Positions 29,326 to 38,567 of a stretch of 64,000 bases of DNA are shown one piece after another. Made by a program: the position numbers and the translations under genes. Source of the stretch: Balanoglossus misakiensis. Its lineage: Eukaryota; Animalia; Hemichordata. Below the pieces are notes generated by a model. That model made no database searches and was not told where the DNA came from. It saw only the letters and a list, made by a program, of their open reading frames with translations. The DNA lies in the NCBI GenBank assembly GCA_040954595.2, contig JBECUI020000025.1, positions 248,001-312,000 on the forward strand, written 5' to 3'. Positions within the stretch are counted from its first letter, which is position 1; each line of letters starts with the position of its first letter.

Positions 29326-32300
29326 TACCCCATAGCCAAACCTCCCGCTTAAACACTGCCGGTTCTATTGTTATCTGCACCGTAACTGATAACTGCCCTG
29401 CATATCCTTCCTGCCTTGCAATAACTGTAAGCTCATAGCTTCCAAGGGGTATAACTTCAGTACTATATCCCTGCCACCCTACTAATAAATGTTGTGGATA
29501 GAAAATGTGTGAAGAAGCTTCAAACCCCGGATTAGCAATGCTCTGCCCATCCTTTTTGACATCACCGATTGAATACGTATAATCATTGGTAAGTTCAGCA
29601 GGGTGGTTTTCTATCGCGCCCGCAAAGGATATAGTCTCTCCGTATCGTACATTTGACACTGGGTATGCGGTCATTGTTATGCCTGCAGGGAGCGTCGGAA
29701 GAGTTGATTCTACAAGAATAGCTATCTCCGCACTACTACTGCCAAGATAGTATCCTCCAGTTGCTGTTGCCGTTACCGTACCGCTATAGGTGCCAACTGC
29801 AAGGTTTTGTATGCTAATGGCTCCCGTTGCTGGCTCAATGACAATATCCCCGGCATTCATTGCATCTAAGAATATCTGTTCGCTTGCGCTAAGACTGTAC
29901 AACAATGTTACATCCTGCAAGGTGCCTACTACCGAAAATGTTTTCTGTTCATTGGGAGCAACCGCTACAATATCATAGGCAGGCGTATAGTAATCAGCTA
30001 ATACCGCAGGGCTTACTGTCCTGATAATGTCAATATCAAGTGCTGCATAGCCATCTGCTGAGACAACTACTCGTACCGTGTAGGTTCCGGGGATTACACT
30101 TGCTGCAATCTCTATTGTTCCATCACTGTCCACTGTAATTCCAGATCCGTCGCCACCACTGTATCTAAGATCGCTTCTACTTAGCCCTGTCGGTAATCCG
30201 CTTACGACTGTTATTCCATAGCTCTTCCCTGTCCGGTACACCGCAGCTCCACTCTCGTAGCTTATCTGGGCGGTAAGGGCTCGGTCGACAATGGCTATAC
30301 TCACTGTTATCGAGATGCTCCCACTGTAGTTTGCACCGGTTGCTGTTGCTGTTACCAAAAGACCGTATATATCAGATGCTGCTGTTGCCGATACCCGAAT
30401 CTCCCCATTTGTCGCTTCAATGCTAATTATCCCACTTAAATCTCCCGACTGGCTACTCATGCTGTATTCTACCCCTGCATCGCTTGGGATATCCGTTGTT
30501 GCTTGATACACTCCACCTGCAAAATCGGTTGTCGGTATCGAATAACTTAAGCTGTACCCTGCTATGTCTTTCTGCAAAACAACAAGAGTGAAAGCCCCGC
30601 TACTGAGACTATTTGCATAGTTCGCAAGCGATCCTGCACTCACCGTTACCGTATACTGTCCTACATCGACCGTGCTGCCGACACTGATACTGCCATCCCC
30701 AGCAATACTGATTCCGTCAGTAATAAGTGCTCCGTCTTTAATTACCTGTATCTCATAGTCCAAATCTGCCGGATTAATGTTCGTATCAGAGAATTGTGCT
30801 GCATAACTCGCCTGCTCGCCGTAGATTGCATTCACGCTCGTATCATAACTCAAACTTCCACTCAAACTTGGAAGCTCTACCACCACCCTTACCTCATCAT
30901 AGATGCTGCTATCGGCTGTTGCCGCTGCACGAATGGTCGCCGTTCCTGCATTCTGTCCGGTTACCACACCGCTTGTGCTATCAACTGTAGCGATCTCCTC
31001 CTGTGCACTCGTCCATAGAAGCGTCACGGATACATTCTCGGCATCTACGGTTGCCGTAAGGTTCAGCGTGTCTCCGCGTATCACGTTCGGTGCTTGCTGG
31101 TCTATGCTAACTGATGCAACACCGTTGCTTCGTAGCGATACCTCATCGGTCCATCCGCTTTCGTGTGTTCCGTCCCAGTATGCTCGTATGCGTATTAGAT
31201 AGACTCCACCTCCGATAAGTTCGGTGAGTTCTACCGAACTGTCGCTTGTCTTAACCCATTCTGTAGCCCCGCCATCTTGTCGATACTCTATCTCAAAGGT
31301 GCTATCCATCTCCGTTGTTCCATCAATATCCTTTCCCTTTGCTCCCTCCGTCCAGACAATGCTCAGGGTATTGATTGCTGTGTTACTCGAGTCTTTCTGA
31401 ATATTGCTTGGTTTCCCGGGATTCGTCGAACGGTCAACCTGTGCTCGCGTGGTAAAGGAGAATATCTCACTCATACTCTCCTGCTCCCCACCTCGTGCGG
31501 TAATAAGAACATAATAGCTTGTTGCTGCTTGTAATGCGCTTATGGTAATGCTGGTATCACTGTGGTCGTTATCCGCTTGTAGGGTCGCTCCTGCAATAAA
31601 TGCTTCTGCCGTATCGGCTGTGTTCGATGACAGGTATACAAAATAGCTACTTCCCACCGCTTCGCCACTTTCCAGAAGAGCAGGGGCGACCGCTGACCAT
31701 GAGAGAGTTAAACTATTCTCCGTTGCTTCAGCATTAACGCCTCTAACTGAACCGGGGGGACGATTGAGTGCTGCGGTCTCTATGCTCAGGGCGGTACTTT
31801 CCGAACTACTCATGCCGCTATTTGCATGTGCTACGACAACAAAGACATAAGCCGTCTTTCCGGTGAACCCATCTATGCGAATCGTGCTATCAGTAATTCC
31901 TGTCCGTGTTGTTTCAGCACTGACCTGTTCGCTGGCATACGTTATTCCTTCATGCCAATACAGCGTGTATCCACTTATTTCAGCAGGAATGCCCCCTTCT
32001 TGCCTCCCGGCATCAGTTGGTGCTGTCCATTCGAGGGTAAGGGTAATGCTTTGTCCATCAACTGCTCCCTCACTTCCAACCTGTCTCAGATCACTGACTG
32101 GTTGCGGTGCAGTTGCGTCCTGTAAGGTAACTCGAATGGTCAGGCTATCTTGTACCATATTATCTGCATCAGCAAATACGGTAATAATTGTCTCCCCCGC
32201 ACTCTGTGCGACGACCTCGCCCTGTTCTGAAATTGTCGCTACAAGTGTTGCACTACTCTCCCATCGAACGCTTTCAATGACGTTCTCTCCGTCAACAAGG

Positions 32301-33685
32301 GCATGCAAGATCAGTTCATCCCCATTTTTCATTGCAAGTTCTTCTCCTGCATCAGCACCGCCGCTTTGAATACTCACCGAACGAACGCCGTTACTCATAA
32401 CCTGTCCTTCTATCCATTCGCTTGCTTTATTTTCGTCATTGGGATAGTCCGCATTCCATGCTCGGATGCGGATACGGTATTCCTGTGCACCAAGAAGATT
32501 CTCGATGGTTACCTGTTCAGTGAGTACTTCATCAACCGGGTTCCAACGTGCTTCACTGTAGTATTCCACGGTATAGCTCGTTGCAGCCTCTGCTCCATTG
32601 GCACTTGTACCGGGTGTTCCTGCAGTCCAGATAATGCGCATGGCATTGCTTGCTTGGTAGTCGCTATCTTTTCTGATATTGCTGACTGCTCCCGGTGGTC
32701 CCGATTGGTCGGTATTCCCGGTGGTAATGGTGATTGTTGTTGGCAGTGATTCTCCGTCTGCTGTATGGACTACGACCGAAACAGTATACTCGACTGTACT
32801 GCGTAAGCCACTGACGGTGTAGGAAACATTTCCATCCCCTTCTGCAACCAGCTCTGCTGGTGTCGCTTCGTATGTTAATTCGGGTACATCGACTGTAAGC
32901 GGTATCAGAGAAATGGCATAGTGGGTAATTCCGCTTGCTACTGAGGGTGTCCATTGTATGAGAAGCTGTACATCAGTAGCTGTGGTTGCATCTCTTGTTG
33001 TGAGATTGGTAATGCCGGAAATGGTGCGCGGTGTCTTTACCGGGCCTGAGACGGGTCGGATACTGGTGGATGAGGTTCCCTCATCTATGTTTGCGACAAC
33101 CCTTACATCATATTCGGTTTCATCATTAAGTTCAGTGATATCGATAAATGTATTGCCGGTCGTATACTCTTGTGCCTCTCCATCCGGTGAGGTGAGTGTA
33201 ACGGTATAGGACATAACCGGATCTCCTGCAGGAGCATCCCATTGTACAGTAAGCATTCCTACTGCTGCAGTTACCTGCAGGTTTGAAGGAGCATCTAAGC
33301 TACTACCAGTCTGCAGTTGTTCTGCTGCCACAGTTGCTGAAGACTCGATATCCTGTTTTACTGCAATAACCGAGAGGGTGTAGCTAGTGTTTGCTGCTAA
33401 CTCATCAGTATCAAAGGTAACTGATAGTGAGAGGACTCCGGTACCGGTATTGGGAACTATTTTATTGATGGGAAGCCCACTATCAGGAGTCAACTGAACC
33501 CGATAGTTCACAGCAGGTTCGGTTGCAGTAAATTCGACTTGGACCGTACTTCCGTCGACAAACCAAGCTGAAACTTTCGTAACCGGGGAAACAGTGCTAA
33601 CACTGGCTGTTCCAGTATCAGCACAGGAAACAAACACACTGAGCATGAGGCTCAGTGCTAAAACAGATATAGATAATACACGCAT
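29297..33685 (-). CDS. Giant surface lipoprotein, N-terminal part: fibronectin type III, Big_2 Ig-like and cadherin-like repeats
   Basis: GGAGG RBS, ATG at 33685, lipobox VFVSC. Several P..P.NL...W..P...Y FN3 units and W.S....ATV...G.V....G...I Big_2 units. Confidence 0.88.
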   Translation of the reverse strand: MRVLSISVLALSLMLSVFVSCADTGTASVSTVSPVTKVSAWFVDGSTVQVEFTATEPAVNYRVQLTPDSGLPINKIVPNTGTGVLSLSVTFDTDELAANTSYTLSVIAVKQDIESSATVAAEQLQTGSSLDAPSNLQVTAAVGMLTVQWDAPAGDPVMSYTVTLTSPDGEAQEYTTGNTFIDITELNDETEYDVRVVANIDEGTSSTSIRPVSGPVKTPRTISGITNLTTRDATTATDVQLLIQWTPSVASGITHYAISLIPLTVDVPELTYEATPAELVAEGDGNVSYTVSGLRSTVEYTVSVVVHTADGESLPTTITITTGNTDQSGPPGAVSNIRKDSDYQASNAMRIIWTAGTPGTSANGAEAATSYTVEYYSEARWNPVDEVLTEQVTIENLLGAQEYRIRIRAWNADYPNDENKASEWIEGQVMSNGVRSVSIQSGGADAGEELAMKNGDELILHALVDGENVIESVRWESSATLVATISEQGEVVAQSAGETIITVFADADNMVQDSLTIRVTLQDATAPQPVSDLRQVGSEGAVDGQSITLTLEWTAPTDAGRQEGGIPAEISGYTLYWHEGITYASEQVSAETTRTGITDSTIRIDGFTGKTAYVFVVVAHANSGMSSSESTALSIETAALNRPPGSVRGVNAEATENSLTLSWSAVAPALLESGEAVGSSYFVYLSSNTADTAEAFIAGATLQADNDHSDTSITISALQAATSYYVLITARGGEQESMSEIFSFTTRAQVDRSTNPGKPSNIQKDSSNTAINTLSIVWTEGAKGKDIDGTTEMDSTFEIEYRQDGGATEWVKTSDSSVELTELIGGGVYLIRIRAYWDGTHESGWTDEVSLRSNGVASVSIDQQAPNVIRGDTLNLTATVDAENVSVTLLWTSAQEEIATVDSTSGVVTGQNAGTATIRAAATADSSIYDEVRVVVELPSLSGSLSYDTSVNAIYGEQASYAAQFSDTNINPADLDYEIQVIKDGALITDGISIAGDGSISVGSTVDVGQYTVTVSAGSLANYANSLSSGAFTLVVLQKDIAGYSLSYSIPTTDFAGGVYQATTDIPSDAGVEYSMSSQSGDLSGIISIEATNGEIRVSATAASDIYGLLVTATATGANYSGSISITVSIAIVDRALTAQISYESGAAVYRTGKSYGITVVSGLPTGLSRSDLRYSGGDGSGITVDSDGTIEIAASVIPGTYTVRVVVSADGYAALDIDIIRTVSPAVLADYYTPAYDIVAVAPNEQKTFSVVGTLQDVTLLYSLSASEQIFLDAMNAGDIVIEPATGAISIQNLAVGTYSGTVTATATGGYYLGSSSAEIAILVESTLPTLPAGITMTAYPVSNVRYGETISFAGAIENHPAELTNDYTYSIGDVKKDGQSIANPGFEASSHIFYPQHLLVGWQGYSTEVIPLGSYELTVIARQEGYAGQLSVTVQITIEPAVFKREVWLWGSGYYTLWNR

Positions 33686-33715
33686 AGCGCCCTCCAAAGG
33701 ATGATATATAAAACA

Positions 33716-33764
33716 ATGATAAGACAAAAAGCAAGAAAAGTCAAGTATTTTCTTCAGAAAATAC
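33716..33764 (-). promoter_or_regulatory. Sigma70-type promoter with adjacent palindromic operator
   Basis: Minus strand TTGACT-N17-TATCAT (+ coordinates 33739-33744 and 33716-33721). Perfect inverted repeat GTATTTTCT-TC-AGAAAATAC at 33745-33764. Confidence 0.7.
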
Positions 33765-33777
33765 AAAAAGTGTCATG

Positions 33778-33795
33778 CCCCCCCCCCCCCCCCCC
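33778..33795. repeat. C18 homopolymer (G18 on the gene's strand)
   Basis: 18 consecutive C in an AT-rich intergenic region. Confidence 0.9.
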
Positions 33796-33955
33796 TATGA
33801 GACCTCTAATATAAGTAAAAAATTAGAAATTACGGGAACTAATTATAGATAAAACATAAATTATAGAGATAATACTGGGCTAAAAAACAGCATTTTTCTC
33901 TGTTTTTGTTTTTAGGGGAAATAATGTATGGAAAAAAAAAATAAAAATCTGGTGA

Positions 33956-34685
33956 AAACTTCAATCAAACTGCCACTTTTTGTGGTAATTCTTAATACCA
34001 CCCCTTAAGGGTGGGGGCTGTGGATGGCGGGGCTTATACTAAATTTTAAGTAAAAAATTAAGTATAAATTATCAGAAGAAAGCACCCTACAAAATCAATT
34101 CCTTCGCTTAAACTTCAATCAAACTGCCACTTTTCGTGGTAATTATTGATACCACCCCTTAAGGGTGGGGGTTGTGGATGGCACGGCCTATACTAAAAAT
34201 TTAAGTATAATTTTAAGTAAAAAATTATCAGAAGAAAGCACCCTACAAGATCAATTCCTCCGCTCAAACTTCAATCAAACAGCCACTTTTTGTGGTAGTT
34301 TCTAATACCGCCCCTGATGGGTGGGGGCTGTGGATGGCGGAGTTCATACACAAATTTTAAGTATAATTTTAAGTAAACATTTATCAGAAGAAAGCACCCT
34401 ACAAGATCAATTCCCTCGCTCAAACTTCAATCAAACTGCCACTTTTTGTGGTAATTCTTAATACCACCCCTTAAGGGTGGGGGCTGTGGACGGCAAAGCT
34501 CATACAAAAAACTACTTAACATCTGTGTAGTAGTTTTGCAGGGGAGTGCGGACATTCTTGTGTGCCGGCAGGGCAAATGCTCAATCAAACAGCCTCTTTT
34601 CGCAGTAGTACGTTATACCGCCCCTGATGGGTGGGGGCTGTGGATGGCGGAGTTCATACACAAATTTTAAGTATAATTTTAAGTA
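33956..34685 (+). repeat. Array 2: five copies of the same ~154-bp repeat
   Basis: Units at about 33956, 34105, 34261, 34417 and 34581, in the same orientation as array 1. Confidence 0.95.
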
Positions 34686-34771
34686 CACATCCAAAAAAAC
34701 ACCCAGCAATACAAAAACAATCCCCCTCCATTACGATACAGTGTCAAAGCACAGCCTTGCTACAACATCTA

Positions 34772-34811
34772 TATCCTCTTAAACCCATACACCATGCGGT
34801 CAATCTCTGCC
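34772..34811. repeat. 40-bp direct repeat (second copy at 35538-35577) flanking a membrane-protein gene
   Basis: TATCCTCTTAAACCCATACACCATGCGGTCAATCTCTGCC occurs twice, identical. Confidence 0.92.
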
Positions 34812-34813
34812 AC

Positions 34814-35515
34814 TCACAATGCAATACTTCTCAACCATTCAAGAAAAAAAGGTATCATGCTCGACGCTATAGCACCAGTAATACCGACTATAATACCGAC
34901 TATTATTCTATCTTTATTTCTTTCCCAAAGTCTCGGAGCTTCCGTATAGATAAATATGTTTTTTTTAAGCCATGTATCTGTAATTTTCCCTGCGAGCAAC
35001 AATGAAGAAAAAAGGGATAAGACTAATAGTACGCCCCCGACTGTGAGTGTTATCTGCTCTGGGACCCCCACAAAAAACATGCGCACGACCAGGCGAATAA
35101 GGAAAAGAAAAGAAAGAAAAAAACAAATAAATAAAACCACATTAGCGAAAAAGATCCCTAAAGTAGAGCTGCATATCCTTTTTTTCTTATTGAATACATC
35201 CTTTAGTTTTTTTATTATTCCTTCTGCTATAGGCAAATTATCCGATGTATAAATGCGGTTATCATTTAATCCTTCAAACATAATAGAGCAGTATAAACCT
35301 TCTGGTCCGCCTGAAGACACGATTTCTTCTATTACTTCAGTTTTTTTTAGCTGCCGGATTTCATTCTTTTTTAGCACATGTCCCTTCGTTTGTATAGTGA
35401 TTTTATCTTCTTCATATCCGCTCTCTTCCAGTATTTGAATAACTTCCAGTAAATCATCCAAGCATAATTTTACATAGGGGAACTTCCGAGAAATAGACTG
35501 CTTTCTTTTTTCCAT
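34814..35515 (-). CDS. Hypothetical membrane protein (soluble N-domain plus ~3 TM segments)
   Basis: GAGAGG RBS, 233-aa ORF, hydrophobic C-terminal half. Confidence 0.75.
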   Translation of the reverse strand: MEKRKQSISRKFPYVKLCLDDLLEVIQILEESGYEEDKITIQTKGHVLKKNEIRQLKKTEVIEEIVSSGGPEGLYCSIMFEGLNDNRIYTSDNLPIAEGIIKKLKDVFNKKKRICSSTLGIFFANVVLFICFFLSFLFLIRLVVRMFFVGVPEQITLTVGGVLLVLSLFSSLLLAGKITDTWLKKNIFIYTEAPRLWERNKDRIIVGIIVGITGAIASSMIPFFLEWLRSIAL

Positions 35516-35528
35516 TATCCTCTCACCT

Positions 35529-35810
35529 CTATCTCATTATCCTCTTAAACCCATACACCATGCGGTCAATCTCTGCCTCAAAATTACTCGTATGCTTGCC
35601 TCTTTCCTTCCCTGCCAGTACCTTATCAATATGAACAATATCCCCTAAAACTATCCGGAACGTTTTAATTTTTTAGTTCAGTTTTTTTGAGAAATACGCA
35701 AGTGCCCCAACAGTGAAATATCCGGTAACTATATCCATCGTGCCCGCTTCGCTATACTCATCTAAGCATTCATACACCTTTTTTTCTTTATTCTTGTTAT
35801 CCAATATCAT
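35529..35810 (-). pseudogene. Deletion scar: start of a PLD/SNF2 helicase-type gene fused to the end of a type IIG-like restriction-modification gene
   Basis: Reads MILDNKNKEKKVYECL...DIVTGYFTVGALAY...(stop)...FRIVLGDIV, then IDKVLAGKERGKHTSNFEAEIDRMVYG. Confidence 0.65.
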
Positions 35811-35941
35811 TCTTTACCTTCTCTTGTTTCTTAATAGTTAAACGTATCAATGAAATTTATATATATTATACAATGTATTTATAAGACAATCCACTTTCCC
35901 ACCGTTTACCCAATCCCACTCTACATGATAATATAGAAGGC

Positions 35942-37249
35942 ATGATCCATCCGGTAATATGGCAAAACACACGAGAATCAACACGGAAGAAAATTCTTAG
36001 TCGCCCGTATGCATCAGAGAATGCACAACGTGTGAATGCAGTCAAAAAGATTATTGAACAGGTACAACGGAAAGGAGACCAGGCGCTTATTGATTATACA
36101 AAACAGTTTGACAAGGTCGATCTCATAAACAAACCAATACGGGTAAGCGAAGGGGAAATTGCAGACGCATATGCACAGCTTCCTGCAAAACTTCGCCTTG
36201 CAATTGATTTTGCGATAGAGAATGTCCGAACAGTTACTCGCAATCAGTATGCAAGTACTGAAGACTGGCAGGAAGTCCAGCAGGGAACATTTGTCCAACA
36301 CTTGCAGAAACCACTGGATTCAGTCGGCTTATATATTCCACAGGGCAAGGGAAAATTTCCATCTATGGTATACATGCTCGCCGTTCCAGCAGAAATTGCC
36401 GGAGTTCGCCGCCGAATTATGGTCTCCCCACCCAATGAACACGGCAATGTCGATCCCGCCTGCATTTATGCAGCAGATCGGTGTGGGATCCACGAGATAT
36501 ACCGCATCGGAGGCGCACAATCGATTGCTGCAATGGCATTCGGCACTCAGAGCATTCCCGCAGTAGACAAGATTCTCGGGCCCGGGAGCCTTTATATCAG
36601 CACCGCCAAAGAGATCCTTGCCGACATAGTCGATACCGGACCGCCGACCGGCCCCTCGGAGGCAATCGTTGTTGCAGACTACACCGCAAATCCCCAATCG
36701 GTCGCCCTTGATCTCCTCGTTGAAGCAGAACACGGACACGATTCCAGCGCATTTTGTATTACACCCGACACCACATTAGCAAATCGCATTATCACCATGC
36801 TACCGAATATGATACAAAACAACAGCGAACCACGAAGAAGTTTCTTGCAGAGTGTTTTTTTCCGCAAGGGGAGCATTATTATAGTTGATACATTGCACAC
36901 CGCCTTTGATATTGTTAATCAGTATGCCCCTGAGCACCTTCTACTACATATTGAAAACGTAGACAGACATTTGCCGAAAATTCATAATGCAGGAGAAATA
37001 ATTATTGGCCCCTATGCCACCTTCAGTCTAGCGAACTATGCCGTTGGAACCAATGCCGTCTTGCCCACCGGCGGATCAGCAAAAACTCGCTCAGGCATTA
37101 GTGTACGCGATTTTCAAAAAACCATTCCCGTCATCCGAATGAACAAGGAAGGCTTCGTAACAATGGCACGCCATGTGGCAACACTTGCCGAATACGAACA
37201 GTTTCCGAACCATGCACAAGCAATAACAAAAAAAGATTTTTTCTCCTAG
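35942..37249 (+). CDS. hisD: Histidinol dehydrogenase (or close homolog)
   Basis: GLYIP.G, IGGAQSIAAMAFGT, KILGPG, GPSE, AEHG, APEHL, LPTGG. Confidence 0.9.
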   Translation: MIHPVIWQNTRESTRKKILSRPYASENAQRVNAVKKIIEQVQRKGDQALIDYTKQFDKVDLINKPIRVSEGEIADAYAQLPAKLRLAIDFAIENVRTVTRNQYASTEDWQEVQQGTFVQHLQKPLDSVGLYIPQGKGKFPSMVYMLAVPAEIAGVRRRIMVSPPNEHGNVDPACIYAADRCGIHEIYRIGGAQSIAAMAFGTQSIPAVDKILGPGSLYISTAKEILADIVDTGPPTGPSEAIVVADYTANPQSVALDLLVEAEHGHDSSAFCITPDTTLANRIITMLPNMIQNNSEPRRSFLQSVFFRKGSIIIVDTLHTAFDIVNQYAPEHLLLHIENVDRHLPKIHNAGEIIIGPYATFSLANYAVGTNAVLPTGGSAKTRSGISVRDFQKTIPVIRMNKEGFVTMARHVATLAEYEQFPNHAQAITKKDFFS

Positions 37250-37253
37250 TTCT

Positions 37254-38567
37254 ATGTTGCAAACATTAGATGATGTATTTAGTTATTTTGAAGGCTTCAT
37301 CAATCTGGAGCGAGACCCCATACTTCGAGAATACAATTTGGAACGCATGGAAATGCTGGTACAGGACTTTGCCCACCCCGAAGAAGGCAGAAGCTATATT
37401 CACATTGCCGGCAGTAAGGGCAAAGGCTCGACCTCCATCATGCTTGCAGAAATACTCGCCCATCAAGGCAACCGAGTCGGACTCTATACATCACCCCATC
37501 TTCTGAGTTACCGCGAGAGAATTCGTATTATTGACCACTCAGGAAAATGCTCGGAAGAAGAAATTGATGACATCATTATTGCACAGGCAAATCTGATATA
37601 CACGTATGTAAAAAAGCTATCCCCCATCGACCCGCCGACCCTCTTTGAATTTCTGACCCTCTTGGCATTTCTCGTCTTCAAGAAGAGCGGCTGCAGGTAT
37701 GTCGTTATGGAAACAGGATTAGGAGGAAGAATTGATGCAACCAATATCGTCTCGACTGAAATGAGCATTATTACCAGTCTTGAGTTGGAACATCAACATT
37801 TTCTCGGTCCCGACATTGCATCCATTGCAAGAGAGAAAGCCGGCATCTGTAAGCGCAACAAAGCACTCATCTATGCCCCGCAGAACCCGGAAGCCGAGAA
37901 CGTTATTGTGAAACAGGCAAAAAAAATGAATTCCCCCTTGTACAAGGTGAGCGACTATATGCATTACAACACCAGCCGCATCAGTAATGAGGGAACAAGT
38001 GCTACCGTCTATCTTGATAAGAACGGGAAGTACGAGAAAAACGATCTGCATCTACGATTAGTCGGCGAACATCAATGTACCAATGCTATGACCGCATTGC
38101 TAGCAGCCCATCTTATCTTTCCACAACAGCCCATCAAGAAGTTTATTCCCGCACTCAAAGATGCATGGCTACCGGGACGGTTTGACATTGTATCTACCAA
38201 GCCCCCCCTAGTGTATGACATAGCGCACACACCCCGGTCCATTGCAAACACCATAGAAAGTTTTACGACCATCTTCCCCATCGGGGGGGTAGCCATTTTT
38301 GCAGCAACACGCGACAAGGACAGCATCACCATGATAACCATCCTCAAGGAGCGGTTCAAACACATCATTATCACCCAGCCGACAAATCATCCGCGTTTTA
38401 CCAATCAGCAGTCACTCGTTATCCTCTCCGACAATACGCAGTACATACCGGATACGTACCAAGCACTTCAACGAGCCCGCCAAATATGCCCAGAAGGACC
38501 GATCCTGGTTACCGGGTCGACCTTTCTCGTTGCTGAAATTATGCAAAGGGATAAAACATGTCTCTAA
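37254..38567 (+). CDS. folC: Folylpolyglutamate synthase/dihydrofolate synthase
   Basis: HIAGSKGKGS, YTSPHL, ETGLGGRIDATN, IAREKAGI, DIAHT. Confidence 0.95.
   Translation: MLQTLDDVFSYFEGFINLERDPILREYNLERMEMLVQDFAHPEEGRSYIHIAGSKGKGSTSIMLAEILAHQGNRVGLYTSPHLLSYRERIRIIDHSGKCSEEEIDDIIIAQANLIYTYVKKLSPIDPPTLFEFLTLLAFLVFKKSGCRYVVMETGLGGRIDATNIVSTEMSIITSLELEHQHFLGPDIASIAREKAGICKRNKALIYAPQNPEAENVIVKQAKKMNSPLYKVSDYMHYNTSRISNEGTSATVYLDKNGKYEKNDLHLRLVGEHQCTNAMTALLAAHLIFPQQPIKKFIPALKDAWLPGRFDIVSTKPPLVYDIAHTPRSIANTIESFTTIFPIGGVAIFAATRDKDSITMITILKERFKHIIITQPTNHPRFTNQQSLVILSDNTQYIPDTYQALQRARQICPEGPILVTGSTFLVAEIMQRDKTCL

Noticed and set aside
29790-33209. Many plus-strand ORFs opposite the giant lipoprotein, and similar ones opposite housekeeping genes
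   Set aside because: They are antisense or alternate-frame shadows with no protein motifs.
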